64,000 nucleotides of DNA. Source: an uncultured Nitrospiraceae bacterium (GTDB lineage: Bacteria > Nitrospirota > Nitrospiria > Nitrospirales > Nitrospiraceae). A program made the position numbers and the translations under genes. The stretch is from contig CAWJWJ010000001.1 in NCBI GenBank assembly GCA_963846575.1, positions 960,001 through 1,024,000 of the forward strand, written 5' to 3'. Positions 1-10,058 of the stretch are shown one piece after another; position 1 is the first letter of the stretch; every line of letters begins with the position of its first letter. The notes beneath the pieces were generated by a model. The model searched no databases and was not told the origin of the DNA. It worked only from the letters and a program-made list of their open reading frames with translations.

Positions 1-144
1 TACGCGCCTATCGCCCGGCGATGCTAATACAGCGTTGCCAGGGGTGTCAAGGAAACGAGGTGGTGAGACAGGCTTTTCCTCAGGGTCAAGGAAGGAAAAG
101 GCCGCCTTGAGCTCACCTTATTTCTTTAGTCGAAAGCCCGGGAG

Positions 145-417
145 CTATTTGACGGCCGCCTTGAGTTCCTTGCCCGCCGAGAATTTCGGAATGCGGGCGG
201 CAGGAATCTTCAAGGCTTCCCCGGTGCGGGGATTGCGCCCCATTCTGGCTTTCCGTTTGGAAATCGTGAATGTGCCAAAATTGACCAATGTCACGCGTTT
301 GCCCTTTTTCAATGACGTGGTGACCGCGCCGGTGAAAGCCTCCAGGGCAACCGTCGCGGCAACCTTGGTGATTCCGGCACTATTTGCCATTTTCGCAATC
401 AATTCTTCCTTGGTCAT
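145..417 (-). CDS. hup: HU family DNA-binding protein
   Basis: 90 aa; MTKEELI...VNFGTF..RKARMGRNPRTGE..IPA...PKFSAGKELK HU signature. Confidence 0.95.
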   Translation of the reverse strand: MTKEELIAKMANSAGITKVAATVALEAFTGAVTTSLKKGKRVTLVNFGTFTISKRKARMGRNPRTGEALKIPAARIPKFSAGKELKAAVK

Positions 418-515
418 TTGTTACCCTCCGTTGGTGGTTGGCGACCTATCGATGTGCGGGGCTTGCTGGCTGTCTGATCCCGGTGAGGTGCTGATGGGGG
501 CCAATTGGACAGGGC

Positions 516-1100
516 CTAGTTGGCCCGCGCTCGTTTGAGCGGAATCCGCAGATCCAAAATCTTTTTCCTGAGCGTGTTCCGATTCAGGCCGAGAAGCTCT
601 GCGGCTTGAATTTGATTTCCCTTGGTCTCCCGCAAGGTCAATAAGATCAAGGGTCGCTCGACTGCGGCGATCAGCATCGGATGAAGGTTTCTTCCTGATC
701 CGTTCCGCATGCCTTTGACGAAATCACCGACCTTATGTTCCAGATAGGATTCCAGACACAACGTCTGCTCCGCTCCGTTGGGCGTCGCCGAGTCAAGTTT
801 GGGCGGCTTGACGCCATGTAGAAGGGAGGCGGCTCGTTTTAGAGCTCCCCGAGACCCTACCAACACGAGGGTCTGGGCAGGATCAATTCCAGCGAACAGT
901 TTTCCAATTTCTGAGGAAGAGTGCCCTTTGGATTCCACAATGATGGCATCGCAACCGCGTTTGGCAAAGTCCTTTGGCAACGACAGTCCATCCTGGCCGA
1001 GCGTGATGGCCTGCTCGCCGAAGAGGCCCTTATAGTGAGCCTGGACCTCGCTGTCCGCGCTAAGCAATAGAATATTAAATGTTGATGAACGAAGCGGCAT
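516..1100 (-). CDS. Fis-type HTH protein with degenerate receiver-like N-terminus
   Basis: C-terminal VERPLI..TL..TKGNQIQAAELLGLNRNTLRKKI is a Fis/HTH_8 motif; no AAA+ domain. Confidence 0.85.
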   Translation of the reverse strand: MPLRSSTFNILLLSADSEVQAHYKGLFGEQAITLGQDGLSLPKDFAKRGCDAIIVESKGHSSSEIGKLFAGIDPAQTLVLVGSRGALKRAASLLHGVKPPKLDSATPNGAEQTLCLESYLEHKVGDFVKGMRNGSGRNLHPMLIAAVERPLILLTLRETKGNQIQAAELLGLNRNTLRKKILDLRIPLKRARAN

Positions 1101-1454
1101 GAAGGCACCGACGAAGAAGAGGGCGGGATTATTGCTCAGGCCCTAGGTGATGTCAATCAGGAAATTCCGCAGCGGGCGCAAAACCGCCTCTGTCGGGCAA
1201 TTCCGTCTCGCCAGGTCTCGGAGCGATATCGACTTCAGAAGTTCACCGGGCTCATCCCATGGCTCGCCTTTCAATAGAGAGTTCTCCCCGTTCTCGTCAT
1301 GAGTCATACAGTCCGGCTGATGCAAGTGCTCTTTTTTGAGGCCTCGACGCGGTGCAGAGGGATCGAAATCATCAAACGCCGGAAGGGCCGTCCTTGACAG
1401 CAACGGCTGGGGCACTGTATACAGTTTCATGAATCCGCATCGGAATACTCATAA

Positions 1455-1904
1455 ATGAAGGTTAGTCTCCGAGCTACTTACGGAATCATTGCTGCGGTTG
1501 ACCTTGCGTTACACCACGAGGAACAACCAGTCTGTGCCAAGTCGATTGCCAAGCGTCAATCAATTCCCTCTCGATTTCTCGAGCAGGTTCTGCACGCTAT
1601 GAAAAAGGCCGGCGTGGTCACGAGCCAGCGGGGAGCCCAGGGTGGATATGTGTTGAGCCGGAAACCCTCGGAGGTGTCCGTCGCGGACATTCTGGATGCT
1701 TTGGAGGGACCACTTTTGATAAACAATGGGGCCGGTTCCGTGAAGTCCGCTTCCCGAGGTGCCAAACAGGAGGCTCTGTTGGCGCATATCTGGGATCGGG
1801 TCAAACGTGCGGAGCTGAGTGTTTTGTCTGAGGTGACTGTTGAAGAACTGGCCAATCGTCAACGCGCACTCGAGGCACAACACACGTTGATGTACCACAT
1901 CTGA
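1455..1904 (+). CDS. Rrf2 family regulator (CymR-like)
   Basis: SIAKRQSIPSRFLEQVL..MKKAGVVTSQRGAQGGYVL Rrf2 motif; no IscR Cys triad; heads the cys cluster. Confidence 0.9.
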   Translation: MKVSLRATYGIIAAVDLALHHEEQPVCAKSIAKRQSIPSRFLEQVLHAMKKAGVVTSQRGAQGGYVLSRKPSEVSVADILDALEGPLLINNGAGSVKSASRGAKQEALLAHIWDRVKRAELSVLSEVTVEELANRQRALEAQHTLMYHI

Positions 1905-1958
1905 TAACCACGATGATCATGTGCAGACAAATTACCCTCAACCGACGAGGTCCTCATC

Positions 1959-4436
1959 ATGAGTCCTAACAGCGTGGCTCTCCGTCCGGCTATCAAGACG
2001 GAGCCCATTCCAGCCCATATCGTTGAGGAAATCGAGACCTTTGAAGCGGAAGCGCAACGTGTCCTCGGCGGTGATCTCTCTAACGATATCTTCAAACCGT
2101 TCCGGTTGCAGTACGGCATTTACGGTCAGCGGCAGTCCGGTGTGCAGATGGTGCGGATTAAGATTCCCTTCGGAGGCTTGACCGGGAATCAGTTGCGCCA
2201 AGTGGCAGAGCTCGCCGACCAATTTGCCACCGGCGTGGGCCATGTCACCACGCGCCAAGATATTCAATTGCACTTTGTCGAACTCAAGCATGTGCCAGAC
2301 ATTATGCGGCTCCTGGCTTCCGTGGGCCTGACTACCCGCGAGGCCTGCGCCAACACGGTGCGGAACGTCACGGCCTGTCATCTTGCCGGAGTCTGCCAGG
2401 GGGAAGTCTTCGATGTGACGCCCTACGCCAAGACCGTGGCTCTGCATCTGTTGCGAAACCCGCTCAACCAGAGCCTTCCACGGAAGTTTAAGATCGCCCT
2501 TTCCGGATGCCGCCAGGATTGCGCCCTTACCCCGATTCACGACATCGGCCTCCTGGCTGCGAAACGTTCGGATGGGACGATCGGGTTTCGAATGGTGGCG
2601 GGCGGCGGACTGGGATCGACCCCGCGTATCGCTCAGGTATTGAGAGAATTCACCCCGATGGAGGAATTGCTGCCCACGATCGAAGCCGTGATCAAAGTCT
2701 TCGATACACTCGGGAACCGCAAGAATCGCAACAAGGCCCGCATGAAGTTCGTCATCGAGAAACTAGGATTCGAGGAATTCAAGCGACGCTGGGAAGCCGC
2801 CTATGCAGCCATGGGATATGCGGTGCCGACGCATGAGCCGATCACGCTGCTGGAATATGCTGATGAGCCGCCGTTGATCATGCCTGTAAAAGCCCCGGTT
2901 CGCGCTGACGGAAACGAGCAAGGCAATGGATCGGCCTCGCTCAACGGGGAGGCGTCGGCTTTTCATGCCTGGAAGCGGACGAATGTGGTGCAGCAACGAC
3001 AGCCGGGTTTCGTGACAGCGGCGATTAAACTCCCCATGGGTGACCTGACCGGAGAGCAGATGTGGGCAATCGCCGATCTTGCCGAACGCTATTCCAACGG
3101 AAACATCCGGACCACGATCAATCAGAACATGGTCATCCGGTGGATCCCTGAAGGACGACTGGAAGCATTCTATGATGAACTGGTCACGCATAGCCTGGGC
3201 GATCCCGGAGCCGAACTCGTGGAGGACATCATCGCCTGCCCTGGCACCGACACCTGCGGGTTGGGAATTACCTCTTCCAAGGGAATGGCGAGGGCATTGG
3301 CGGAAGTTTTTCCAGCCGGCCAGGTGCCGGAGGATCTCAGAGATGTGAGCGTGAAAATCAGTGGTTGCCATAATTCCTGTGCCCAGCATCATATCGCTAC
3401 GATTGGCTTGCACGGGGTGGGCAAGAGGCTGGGGGAGCACACTGCGCCGCATTATGAGTTGCACCTCGGTGGACATGTCGATGGCACGCCCAAAATCGGG
3501 CAGTTAACGGTAAAACTGCCGGCAAAAAATGTTCCGGCCGCCGTGCGTCATTTGGTGGATGTCTATCGCCGCGACCGGAACAACGGCGAGAGCCTCCAAA
3601 ACTTCATCGCCCGGGTCGGCAAGGCGGCCCTGAAAGATGAACTCATTCCCTATACGATCGTGCCGCCCTACGATCAGGACCAGACCTACTATTATGACTG
3701 GGAGGGTGAGGCGGAATTTGTGCTGGAAGATCTGGGGCCCGGCGAATGTGCCGGCGGCGCATTGGAAATGATCGACGATCGCATGTTGGAGGCCGATCAG
3801 GAACTCTACCAGGCGAAACTGCTCGTCGAAAAACATCAATATGCGCTGTCGGTCAATAAATCATATCGTGCCGTCTTGGCTGCGGCCAAGGCCTTGCTGG
3901 TAACCGAGGGCATCGATCCCGCGACGGATGCCGAGACATTTCAGGAGTTCGATCTGCGGCTCGCCACCAAAGGCATCGTGCCTGGGTCATATAAAAATCT
4001 CGGGGCGCAAGTTGGTGATCTTGGGTCCAAGGATGCGACAGCCGCGGCGGCCGCGGAGAAAATGACGTTCGCAAAGCAGTTCCTTGCGGTCTGCCGGGCG
4101 GCCACGGAACAATTGGGCAAGGATCTCAAGCTGGCGCAACCCAAGGAGGAGGCCGTGGCTCCCGCTCCGAAATCGTCTCCGGCCCCTGCCGCCGCAGCTC
4201 AGGCGCCCGTGTACGATCTGCGTGGGGTCGCCTGTCCGATGAACTACGTGAAGACGAAGCTGAAGCTGGAAATGATGGACAATGGTGACCAGCTCGAAGT
4301 GTGGCTGGATGCCGGAGAACCCATTCGGAATGTGCCGATGAGTTTGCGGAACGACGGACACAAGATCCTCAATGAGGGGCCACTGGAGCCTGAAGCCAAA
4401 CACTTTAAGATTCTTGTGGAAAAGGTAGAGGGGTAG
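1959..4436 (+). CDS. Siroheme sulfite/nitrite reductase fused to HEPN-like and TusA domains
   Basis: LPRKFKIALSGC, ACPGTDTCGLG and KISGCHNSCAQH motifs; C-terminal DLRGVACPMNYVKTKL TusA/SirA motif. Confidence 0.9.
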   Translation: MSPNSVALRPAIKTEPIPAHIVEEIETFEAEAQRVLGGDLSNDIFKPFRLQYGIYGQRQSGVQMVRIKIPFGGLTGNQLRQVAELADQFATGVGHVTTRQDIQLHFVELKHVPDIMRLLASVGLTTREACANTVRNVTACHLAGVCQGEVFDVTPYAKTVALHLLRNPLNQSLPRKFKIALSGCRQDCALTPIHDIGLLAAKRSDGTIGFRMVAGGGLGSTPRIAQVLREFTPMEELLPTIEAVIKVFDTLGNRKNRNKARMKFVIEKLGFEEFKRRWEAAYAAMGYAVPTHEPITLLEYADEPPLIMPVKAPVRADGNEQGNGSASLNGEASAFHAWKRTNVVQQRQPGFVTAAIKLPMGDLTGEQMWAIADLAERYSNGNIRTTINQNMVIRWIPEGRLEAFYDELVTHSLGDPGAELVEDIIACPGTDTCGLGITSSKGMARALAEVFPAGQVPEDLRDVSVKISGCHNSCAQHHIATIGLHGVGKRLGEHTAPHYELHLGGHVDGTPKIGQLTVKLPAKNVPAAVRHLVDVYRRDRNNGESLQNFIARVGKAALKDELIPYTIVPPYDQDQTYYYDWEGEAEFVLEDLGPGECAGGALEMIDDRMLEADQELYQAKLLVEKHQYALSVNKSYRAVLAAAKALLVTEGIDPATDAETFQEFDLRLATKGIVPGSYKNLGAQVGDLGSKDATAAAAAEKMTFAKQFLAVCRAATEQLGKDLKLAQPKEEAVAPAPKSSPAPAAAAQAPVYDLRGVACPMNYVKTKLKLEMMDNGDQLEVWLDAGEPIRNVPMSLRNDGHKILNEGPLEPEAKHFKILVEKVEG

Positions 4437-4439
4437 CAA

Positions 4440-5171
4440 TTGGTGGAAGCGACAGGTACGAACCAGTCTCCTGTGCGTCCGAGCGACACCGCGCTCAAGG
4501 CGATCAGCGATTCATTTGAATCGAAGCAGCCATGGGAGGTGCTGGAGTATGCGGTCAAGACCTATCCTCAGCGAATCATTCTAGCCTGCAGTTTTGGGGC
4601 GGAAGATGTGGCGCTGGTGGACATGCTGCATCGCATCGACCCTCACGCGCCGCTCTTTTATTTGGATACCGATTTCCTGTTTCCCGAAACGATCGACGTG
4701 CGCGACCGTATTGTCGCGCGTTACGGGTTGAAGCCGGCGCAGGTGATTCAAATGAAGTCGCTGCTGACACCGGATCAGCAGGCCGTCCAATACGGCGCCT
4801 CGCTGTGGGCGAGCAAGCCTGACCAGTGCTGCGAATTGAGGAAACTCGAGCCGCTCAACCGCATTCTGGCGAACTATTCCGCCTGGATCACCGGGATCAG
4901 GCGAGATCAGGCTCCGACGCGGGCCAATGCAGGTCTCATTGAATGGGATAAGAAATTCAACCTGATCAAAGTCAATCCGCTGGCCCGCTGGACCAGTGAA
5001 GAAGTCTGGATGTATCTCCAGCTTCACGAAGTGCCATATAACGCCTTGCATGACCGCAACTATCCCAGCATCGGCTGTACGCATTGCACAGCGCCCGTCC
5101 TTCCGGGGGACGATCCACGCTCGGGTCGGTGGAAAAACTTCGGCAAGACCGAGTGCGGACTGCACAAATAA
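4440..5171 (+). CDS. cysH: APS/PAPS reductase (4Fe-4S type)
   Basis: SFGAED, LDTDFLFPET, CCELRK, SIGCTHCT, ECGLH. Confidence 0.95.
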   Translation: MVEATGTNQSPVRPSDTALKAISDSFESKQPWEVLEYAVKTYPQRIILACSFGAEDVALVDMLHRIDPHAPLFYLDTDFLFPETIDVRDRIVARYGLKPAQVIQMKSLLTPDQQAVQYGASLWASKPDQCCELRKLEPLNRILANYSAWITGIRRDQAPTRANAGLIEWDKKFNLIKVNPLARWTSEEVWMYLQLHEVPYNALHDRNYPSIGCTHCTAPVLPGDDPRSGRWKNFGKTECGLHK

Positions 5172-5213
5172 CATCATCGTCACCCTGACATCAGACAAGG
5201 TTATTACCGACAC

Positions 5214-6281
5214 ATGCAACATCTGCTCGCCAAAGTCGCCAAGGGTCAGAAAACATCCAAGGACCTCACATGGGAGGAGGCCAAACAGGCCATGCGCCTC
5301 ATGATCGAAGGGACGGCCACACCGGCTCAAGTCGGAGCGTTCCTGATCGCCATGCGCTTCAAATCTGAATCCGTCACGGAACTAGCCGCCTTCACCGCTA
5401 CCGCCCGGCAATACGTGGCTCCGGTACCGGTTCGCGCCGGACTCGGCGTGGTTGATGTTCCGGTCTACGGAGGGAAACGGGAAACGTTTCACGCTATTAT
5501 TCCGGCGGCAATTGTCGCGGCAGCTGCCGGAGCGGTGTTCTTGCTGCACGGGGTAGACGGTCCGGCGGATCGGCGAGGCATTTCGTCGGTGCTGAACCAG
5601 TTAGGGATCCCGGTCGATCTGACTGCCAAGGCAGTCGGGGGTCAGTTGGAGCAGAAAGGGTTCGCGTATTTGGACCTGGCGCTGTACCACCCGCCGGTCA
5701 GCCGCTTTCTGGAAATGCGGCAGGAATTGGGCGTGCGCAATGTGTTTCATCCGGTCGCCAGAATGCTTAATCCAGCGCGGGCGACCTCCCAGGTCATCGG
5801 CCTGTCGCATCCGCCGTACTTTGAAAAGACGATTGAGGCATTGCGTATGTTGAGTTGTCCACGAGCGCTGGTGATCCGTGGTGTCGAAGGCGATCCGGAG
5901 TTGTCGATCGGAAATGTGACGCGGCTCCTGGAGCTCAAGGAGGAACGCATAACTCCCTTTACCTTCCAGCCTAAGGACGCGGCTCTGACGATGGCCACGT
6001 TTCGCGAGATGGCCGGCTTTCCCTTGGAACAACGCGAGCGGGAAGCCGATCTGATCAAGCGCTTACTGTTCAACGAGATTCAGGGAGGGCAGCGGGACTG
6101 GGTGCTGCTGAATGCTGCCATGTTGCTGTATGCGTCCGGCAAGGGCTCCTCAATATCAGGCAACCTGGAATTGGCCCGCCGCGCACTGGAGTCCGGTCAG
6201 GCGAAAGCCAAGCTGGCTGATCTAGTGGCAGTCGCAGGCTCGAATGCGGGGTCCGCTCCAAAGGTCGGCCTCTCCGCGTAA
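5214..6281 (+). CDS. TrpD-like / YbiB family glycosyltransferase-3 fold protein
   Basis: [17 protein letters not shown]-domain; the GTGGD PRPP loop is replaced by PVYGGK. Confidence 0.8.
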   Translation: MQHLLAKVAKGQKTSKDLTWEEAKQAMRLMIEGTATPAQVGAFLIAMRFKSESVTELAAFTATARQYVAPVPVRAGLGVVDVPVYGGKRETFHAIIPAAIVAAAAGAVFLLHGVDGPADRRGISSVLNQLGIPVDLTAKAVGGQLEQKGFAYLDLALYHPPVSRFLEMRQELGVRNVFHPVARMLNPARATSQVIGLSHPPYFEKTIEALRMLSCPRALVIRGVEGDPELSIGNVTRLLELKEERITPFTFQPKDAALTMATFREMAGFPLEQREREADLIKRLLFNEIQGGQRDWVLLNAAMLLYASGKGSSISGNLELARRALESGQAKAKLADLVAVAGSNAGSAPKVGLSA

Positions 6282-6297
6282 ACAAAAGAGTGTGAAC

Positions 6298-7096
6298 ATG
6301 AAACATTTGCGCCAACTCGAAGATCAAAGCGTCTACATCCTTCGCGAAGCCTACAAGCATTTCAATCACCTCGCCATGCTCTGGTCGATGGGGAAAGATT
6401 CCACGGTGCTCTTGTGGTTGGCGCGCAAGGCCTTCTTTGGACATGTGCCCTTCCCGTTGCTACATGTGGATACGAGTTACAAAATCCCTGCGATGATTGA
6501 ATATCGCGACCGGATTGCCCGTGAGTGGCGATTGAATCTGGTGGTTGGTCAGAACAAGGAGGCTCTGGCGGCGGGCATGAACCATACCCTGGGTCGGGAT
6601 GTCTGTTGCACGGCCTTGAAAACCACGGCGATGAAGAATCTGGTGGAGGAAAAGGGGTACACCGGCATTATCCTGGGGGTCCGCGCGGATGAGGATAGCA
6701 CCAGGGCCAAGGAGCGATACTTTTCTCCGCGCGATAAACACGGCGATTGGGATTTCCGCGATCAACCGCCCGAGTTGTGGGACCAGTTCAAAACGACGTT
6801 TCCGCCGGGCACGCATATCCGGATTCATCCGCTTCTCGATTGGACCGAGATTAATATCTGGGAGTACATCAAGCACGAAAACATTCCCTTCATGGATCTC
6901 TACCTCGACAGGGGCGACGGCACGCGCTATCGCAGCTTGGGTTGTGCGCCTTGTACCATGCCCATCACAATCAACCGCTAAAACCGTCGATGAGATTATT
7001 GTGGAACTTCGTGGGAGTCACGTGGCCGAGCGCGCAGGCCGGGCGCAGGATGCGGGACGAGGCATGGAGATGTTACGCAAGAAGGGCTACATGTGA
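6298..7096 (+). CDS. cysD: Sulfate adenylyltransferase subunit 2, one apparent +1 frameshift near 6968
   Basis: [31 protein letters not shown]-terminus [29 protein letters not shown] continues in another frame; span 799 nt (3n+1). Confidence 0.9.
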
Positions 7097-7181
7097 GACA
7101 GAACGAATCGGTTTTCACTGGTGTTGAATCTACGAAGGCCGACGTTGGAAAAATCTAGGCTCCATTAAACGAGTGAAGGAT

Positions 7182-9029
7182 ATGTCACAGCACGAACAGA
7201 ACAAGCCGCAAGAGAGTCTGAATATCGTCATCGTAGGCCATGTCGATCACGGGAAGTCCACGCTGGTGGGGCGACTGTATGCCGATACGGGTTCGTTGCC
7301 GGAAGGCAAGTTGGAAAAGGTTCAGGCCATCTGCCGCCAGCAGGGCAAGGAATTCGAGTACGCATTTCTGTTCGACGCCTTTTTGGAAGAGCAGGAGCAG
7401 GGCATTACCATCGACACGGCACGGACCTTTTTCATCTGGAATGGGCGGCAATACATCATCATCGACGCGCCGGGCCATAAGGAATTTTTGAAAAACATGA
7501 TTTCAGGCGCCGCGCGAGCCGAAGCGGCGCTGCTGTTGATCGACGCATTGGAAGGCGTGCGCGAACAGTCGAAAAAGCACGGGTACCTCCTTTCTCTACT
7601 GGGCGTGACCCAGTTCGCGGTGGTCGTCAACAAGATGGATCTGGTTGGATATCGGCAGGATGTGTTTGACGGGATTGAAAAGGAATACCGGGAATTTCTT
7701 GGCCAATTCAGGGCCGTCCCGCAACAAATGATTCCGGTCAGCGCGAAGCAAGGCGACAACATTGCGCTACGTAGCGGCAATATGGGCTGGTACCAAGGGC
7801 CCACGGTGCTGGAGACCCTGGCGCTTTTTAAGAAAGAACAGGTTCGATCGGAGCAGCCACTTCGTTTTCCGTTGCAGGATGTCTATAAGTTCGACGCGCG
7901 CCGCATTTTGACCGGCCGCATCACCGCCGGCCGCTTGAAGGTGGGAGATCAGCTGGTCTTCTCTCCCTCAAATAAGACGGGAGTAGTGCAGTCGATTGAA
8001 GGATTCAATGTCGATCCCCCGCCGAGTGAGGCGCAAGCCGGGCAGTCAGTCGGGATCACGCTGGACGAACAGATTTTCGTGGAACGAGGGGAAATCGCCT
8101 CGCATCGTGAATCCACTCCGCTAGTCTCGACGGCCATTCGAGTGAACCTGTTTTGGATGGGGCGACGGGCGCTTGAAAAAGGCCGGAAATATACTTTGCG
8201 GCTTGCGACGCGAGAAGTGGCCTGTGAGGTGGCCGCCATTCATCGCATCATCGATACCGCCGACTTGGCGCAGCTACAGGAGAGTCAGTCGGTTGCGAGA
8301 AATCAAGTGGCTGAATTGACCCTCCGCGTCAAATCGCCCCTCGCCTTCGATCTGTCGTCCTCGTTCGAATCCACAGGGCGCTTCGTGCTGGTGGATGAAT
8401 ATGACATTGCCGGCGGCGGGATCATTACCGAATTGGTGCACGACGAGCAGGAAGGGCTGCGTGAGGAAGCTCGCCAGCGCGAATATGCCTGGCTTACCGG
8501 GGACGTCCGCGCGGAGGATCGAGCGCAACAGTACGGACACCGGGCTGCCATCGTGTTGTTCACGGGATCGGCCCAGACAGGCAAAACGTTTCTGGCGAGA
8601 CGCGTTGAGGCCCTGCTGGTCGCCGATAGCCGGCATGCCTATTTATTGGAAGGCGAAAACCTCCTGCAGGGATTGGATGCGGATTTATCTGCAGCCGATC
8701 CGTCGTTCGGGGCTGAACGAGTTCGCCGGTATGGAGAGGTTGCCAGACTCTTAATCGATACCGGACTCATTGTCGTGTCGACCAGTAAAACGTTCGGCAT
8801 CAATTACCAGCGGATGGCCGAGATGATTCGGACATTGGTCCAGCCTGCGCCTGTCATCGCCGTGCACATGAGTAGAATCGGTGAAGAGGCACCGCCCAAT
8901 ACGGACCTGCATTTTGCCGGGCCTCAGGATTTCGATGGGGCGGCCCGTCAGATCATCGAGGAGCTCAAGCGGCGGGGGGTGCTCCTGCACACGAGCGGAG
9001 CCAAGTCCACGATTCAGTACTCGATCTAG
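7182..9029 (+). CDS. cysN: Sulfate adenylyltransferase subunit 1 with degenerate APS-kinase domain
   Basis: [25 protein letters not shown] GTPase motifs; C-terminal CysC-like [10 protein letters not shown]. Confidence 0.92.
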   Translation: MSQHEQNKPQESLNIVIVGHVDHGKSTLVGRLYADTGSLPEGKLEKVQAICRQQGKEFEYAFLFDAFLEEQEQGITIDTARTFFIWNGRQYIIIDAPGHKEFLKNMISGAARAEAALLLIDALEGVREQSKKHGYLLSLLGVTQFAVVVNKMDLVGYRQDVFDGIEKEYREFLGQFRAVPQQMIPVSAKQGDNIALRSGNMGWYQGPTVLETLALFKKEQVRSEQPLRFPLQDVYKFDARRILTGRITAGRLKVGDQLVFSPSNKTGVVQSIEGFNVDPPPSEAQAGQSVGITLDEQIFVERGEIASHRESTPLVSTAIRVNLFWMGRRALEKGRKYTLRLATREVACEVAAIHRIIDTADLAQLQESQSVARNQVAELTLRVKSPLAFDLSSSFESTGRFVLVDEYDIAGGGIITELVHDEQEGLREEARQREYAWLTGDVRAEDRAQQYGHRAAIVLFTGSAQTGKTFLARRVEALLVADSRHAYLLEGENLLQGLDADLSAADPSFGAERVRRYGEVARLLIDTGLIVVSTSKTFGINYQRMAEMIRTLVQPAPVIAVHMSRIGEEAPPNTDLHFAGPQDFDGAARQIIEELKRRGVLLHTSGAKSTIQYSI

Positions 9030-9105
9030 TCGGCGCGCGAGGCTTGTTTGACTCCACAGAAACCGCTGTGGTAGCGTTCTTCATCAACAATTTCGAGGGT
9101 TTTTC

Positions 9106-10032
9106 ATGACTATGGCTGCCGGCAAGGATCTCAAGTCGATCCTCACGAAACTCCAGTATTCCGACGATGCCAAAGTCGTCCAGCAGATTACTGCACAAAT
9201 GAAGCAGGTGCAGGCCCGCATGGCCGGCGTCAAGCAGAAGCTGGTGGTGATGAGCGGGAAGGGTGGCGTCGGCAAGAGTATGACGACGGTCAATCTGGCC
9301 CTCGCGCTTGCGCGCCAGGGTGCAAAGGTCGGTTTGCTCGATGTCGATCTCAACGGCCCTTGCGTCCCGAGGATGATGGGTCTGCACGGCCAGTCCTTGA
9401 CCATGACTTCCGAAGGCGCGCAGCCCCCTGTCGGCCCGCTCGGCATAAAAGTGGCGTCGATGGATTTTTTCCTCGATGACGCTTCGCCCGTGCGATGGAA
9501 AGGTCCGATGGATTTGAGCCCGGTATGGCTGGGCTTGATGGAAATGAATGTGATTCGGGAATTCTTGGCCGATGTTATCTGGGGTGAGCTGGACTATCTT
9601 CTGGCCGACCTTCCGCCTGGTGCGGCGGCCGATAAACCGCCGGTCATCGCAGGATTTATTCCGGACCTGGCTGGCGCGATCGTCGTCACGACCCCTTCGG
9701 AAGTGGCGTCTGACGTGGTGCAGAAATCGGTGACCTACGCGCGGGATATGGGCATCCGGGTGTTAGGCATCGTTGAAAACATGAGTGAGTATCGTTGCCC
9801 CGCCTGCGGAGCGGAAAATGAGCTGTTTGAAGGAAATACCGAGGCGATGTGCGAGGTGCTGGATTTGCCGCTGCTCGGGCGTATCCCGTTCGACCGGAAG
9901 TTAGCGAAGACGTTCGATAAAGGTCAGCCGCTCCTCGATCCCGACTATCCGACGATCAAAAAATACCAGGAGATCGTCGGGCGGATTCAATCGTTACTGG
10001 ATTACAAAAGAGTCCTGGCGGAGAAGCTGTAA
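9106..10032 (+). CDS. Mrp/NBP35 (ApbC) P-loop ATPase
   Basis: SGKGGVGKS, DVDLNGP, DLPPG, VTTP, GIVENMS..CPAC. Confidence 0.92.
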   Translation: MTMAAGKDLKSILTKLQYSDDAKVVQQITAQMKQVQARMAGVKQKLVVMSGKGGVGKSMTTVNLALALARQGAKVGLLDVDLNGPCVPRMMGLHGQSLTMTSEGAQPPVGPLGIKVASMDFFLDDASPVRWKGPMDLSPVWLGLMEMNVIREFLADVIWGELDYLLADLPPGAAADKPPVIAGFIPDLAGAIVVTTPSEVASDVVQKSVTYARDMGIRVLGIVENMSEYRCPACGAENELFEGNTEAMCEVLDLPLLGRIPFDRKLAKTFDKGQPLLDPDYPTIKKYQEIVGRIQSLLDYKRVLAEKL

Positions 10033-10058
10033 GAGCGCCGACCGGGAAGGGGGATCCT

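Noticed and set aside
100..165. 12-bp repeat GGCCGCCTTGAG near the hup 3' end
   Set aside because: Too short, with no associated element; could be chance.
1143..1430. 95-aa ORF between divergent genes
   Set aside because: No motif or clear RBS, and it overlaps the probable promoter region.
6960..6985. Programmed ribosomal frameshifting in cysD
   Set aside because: No slippery heptamer or stimulatory structure; an indel is simpler.
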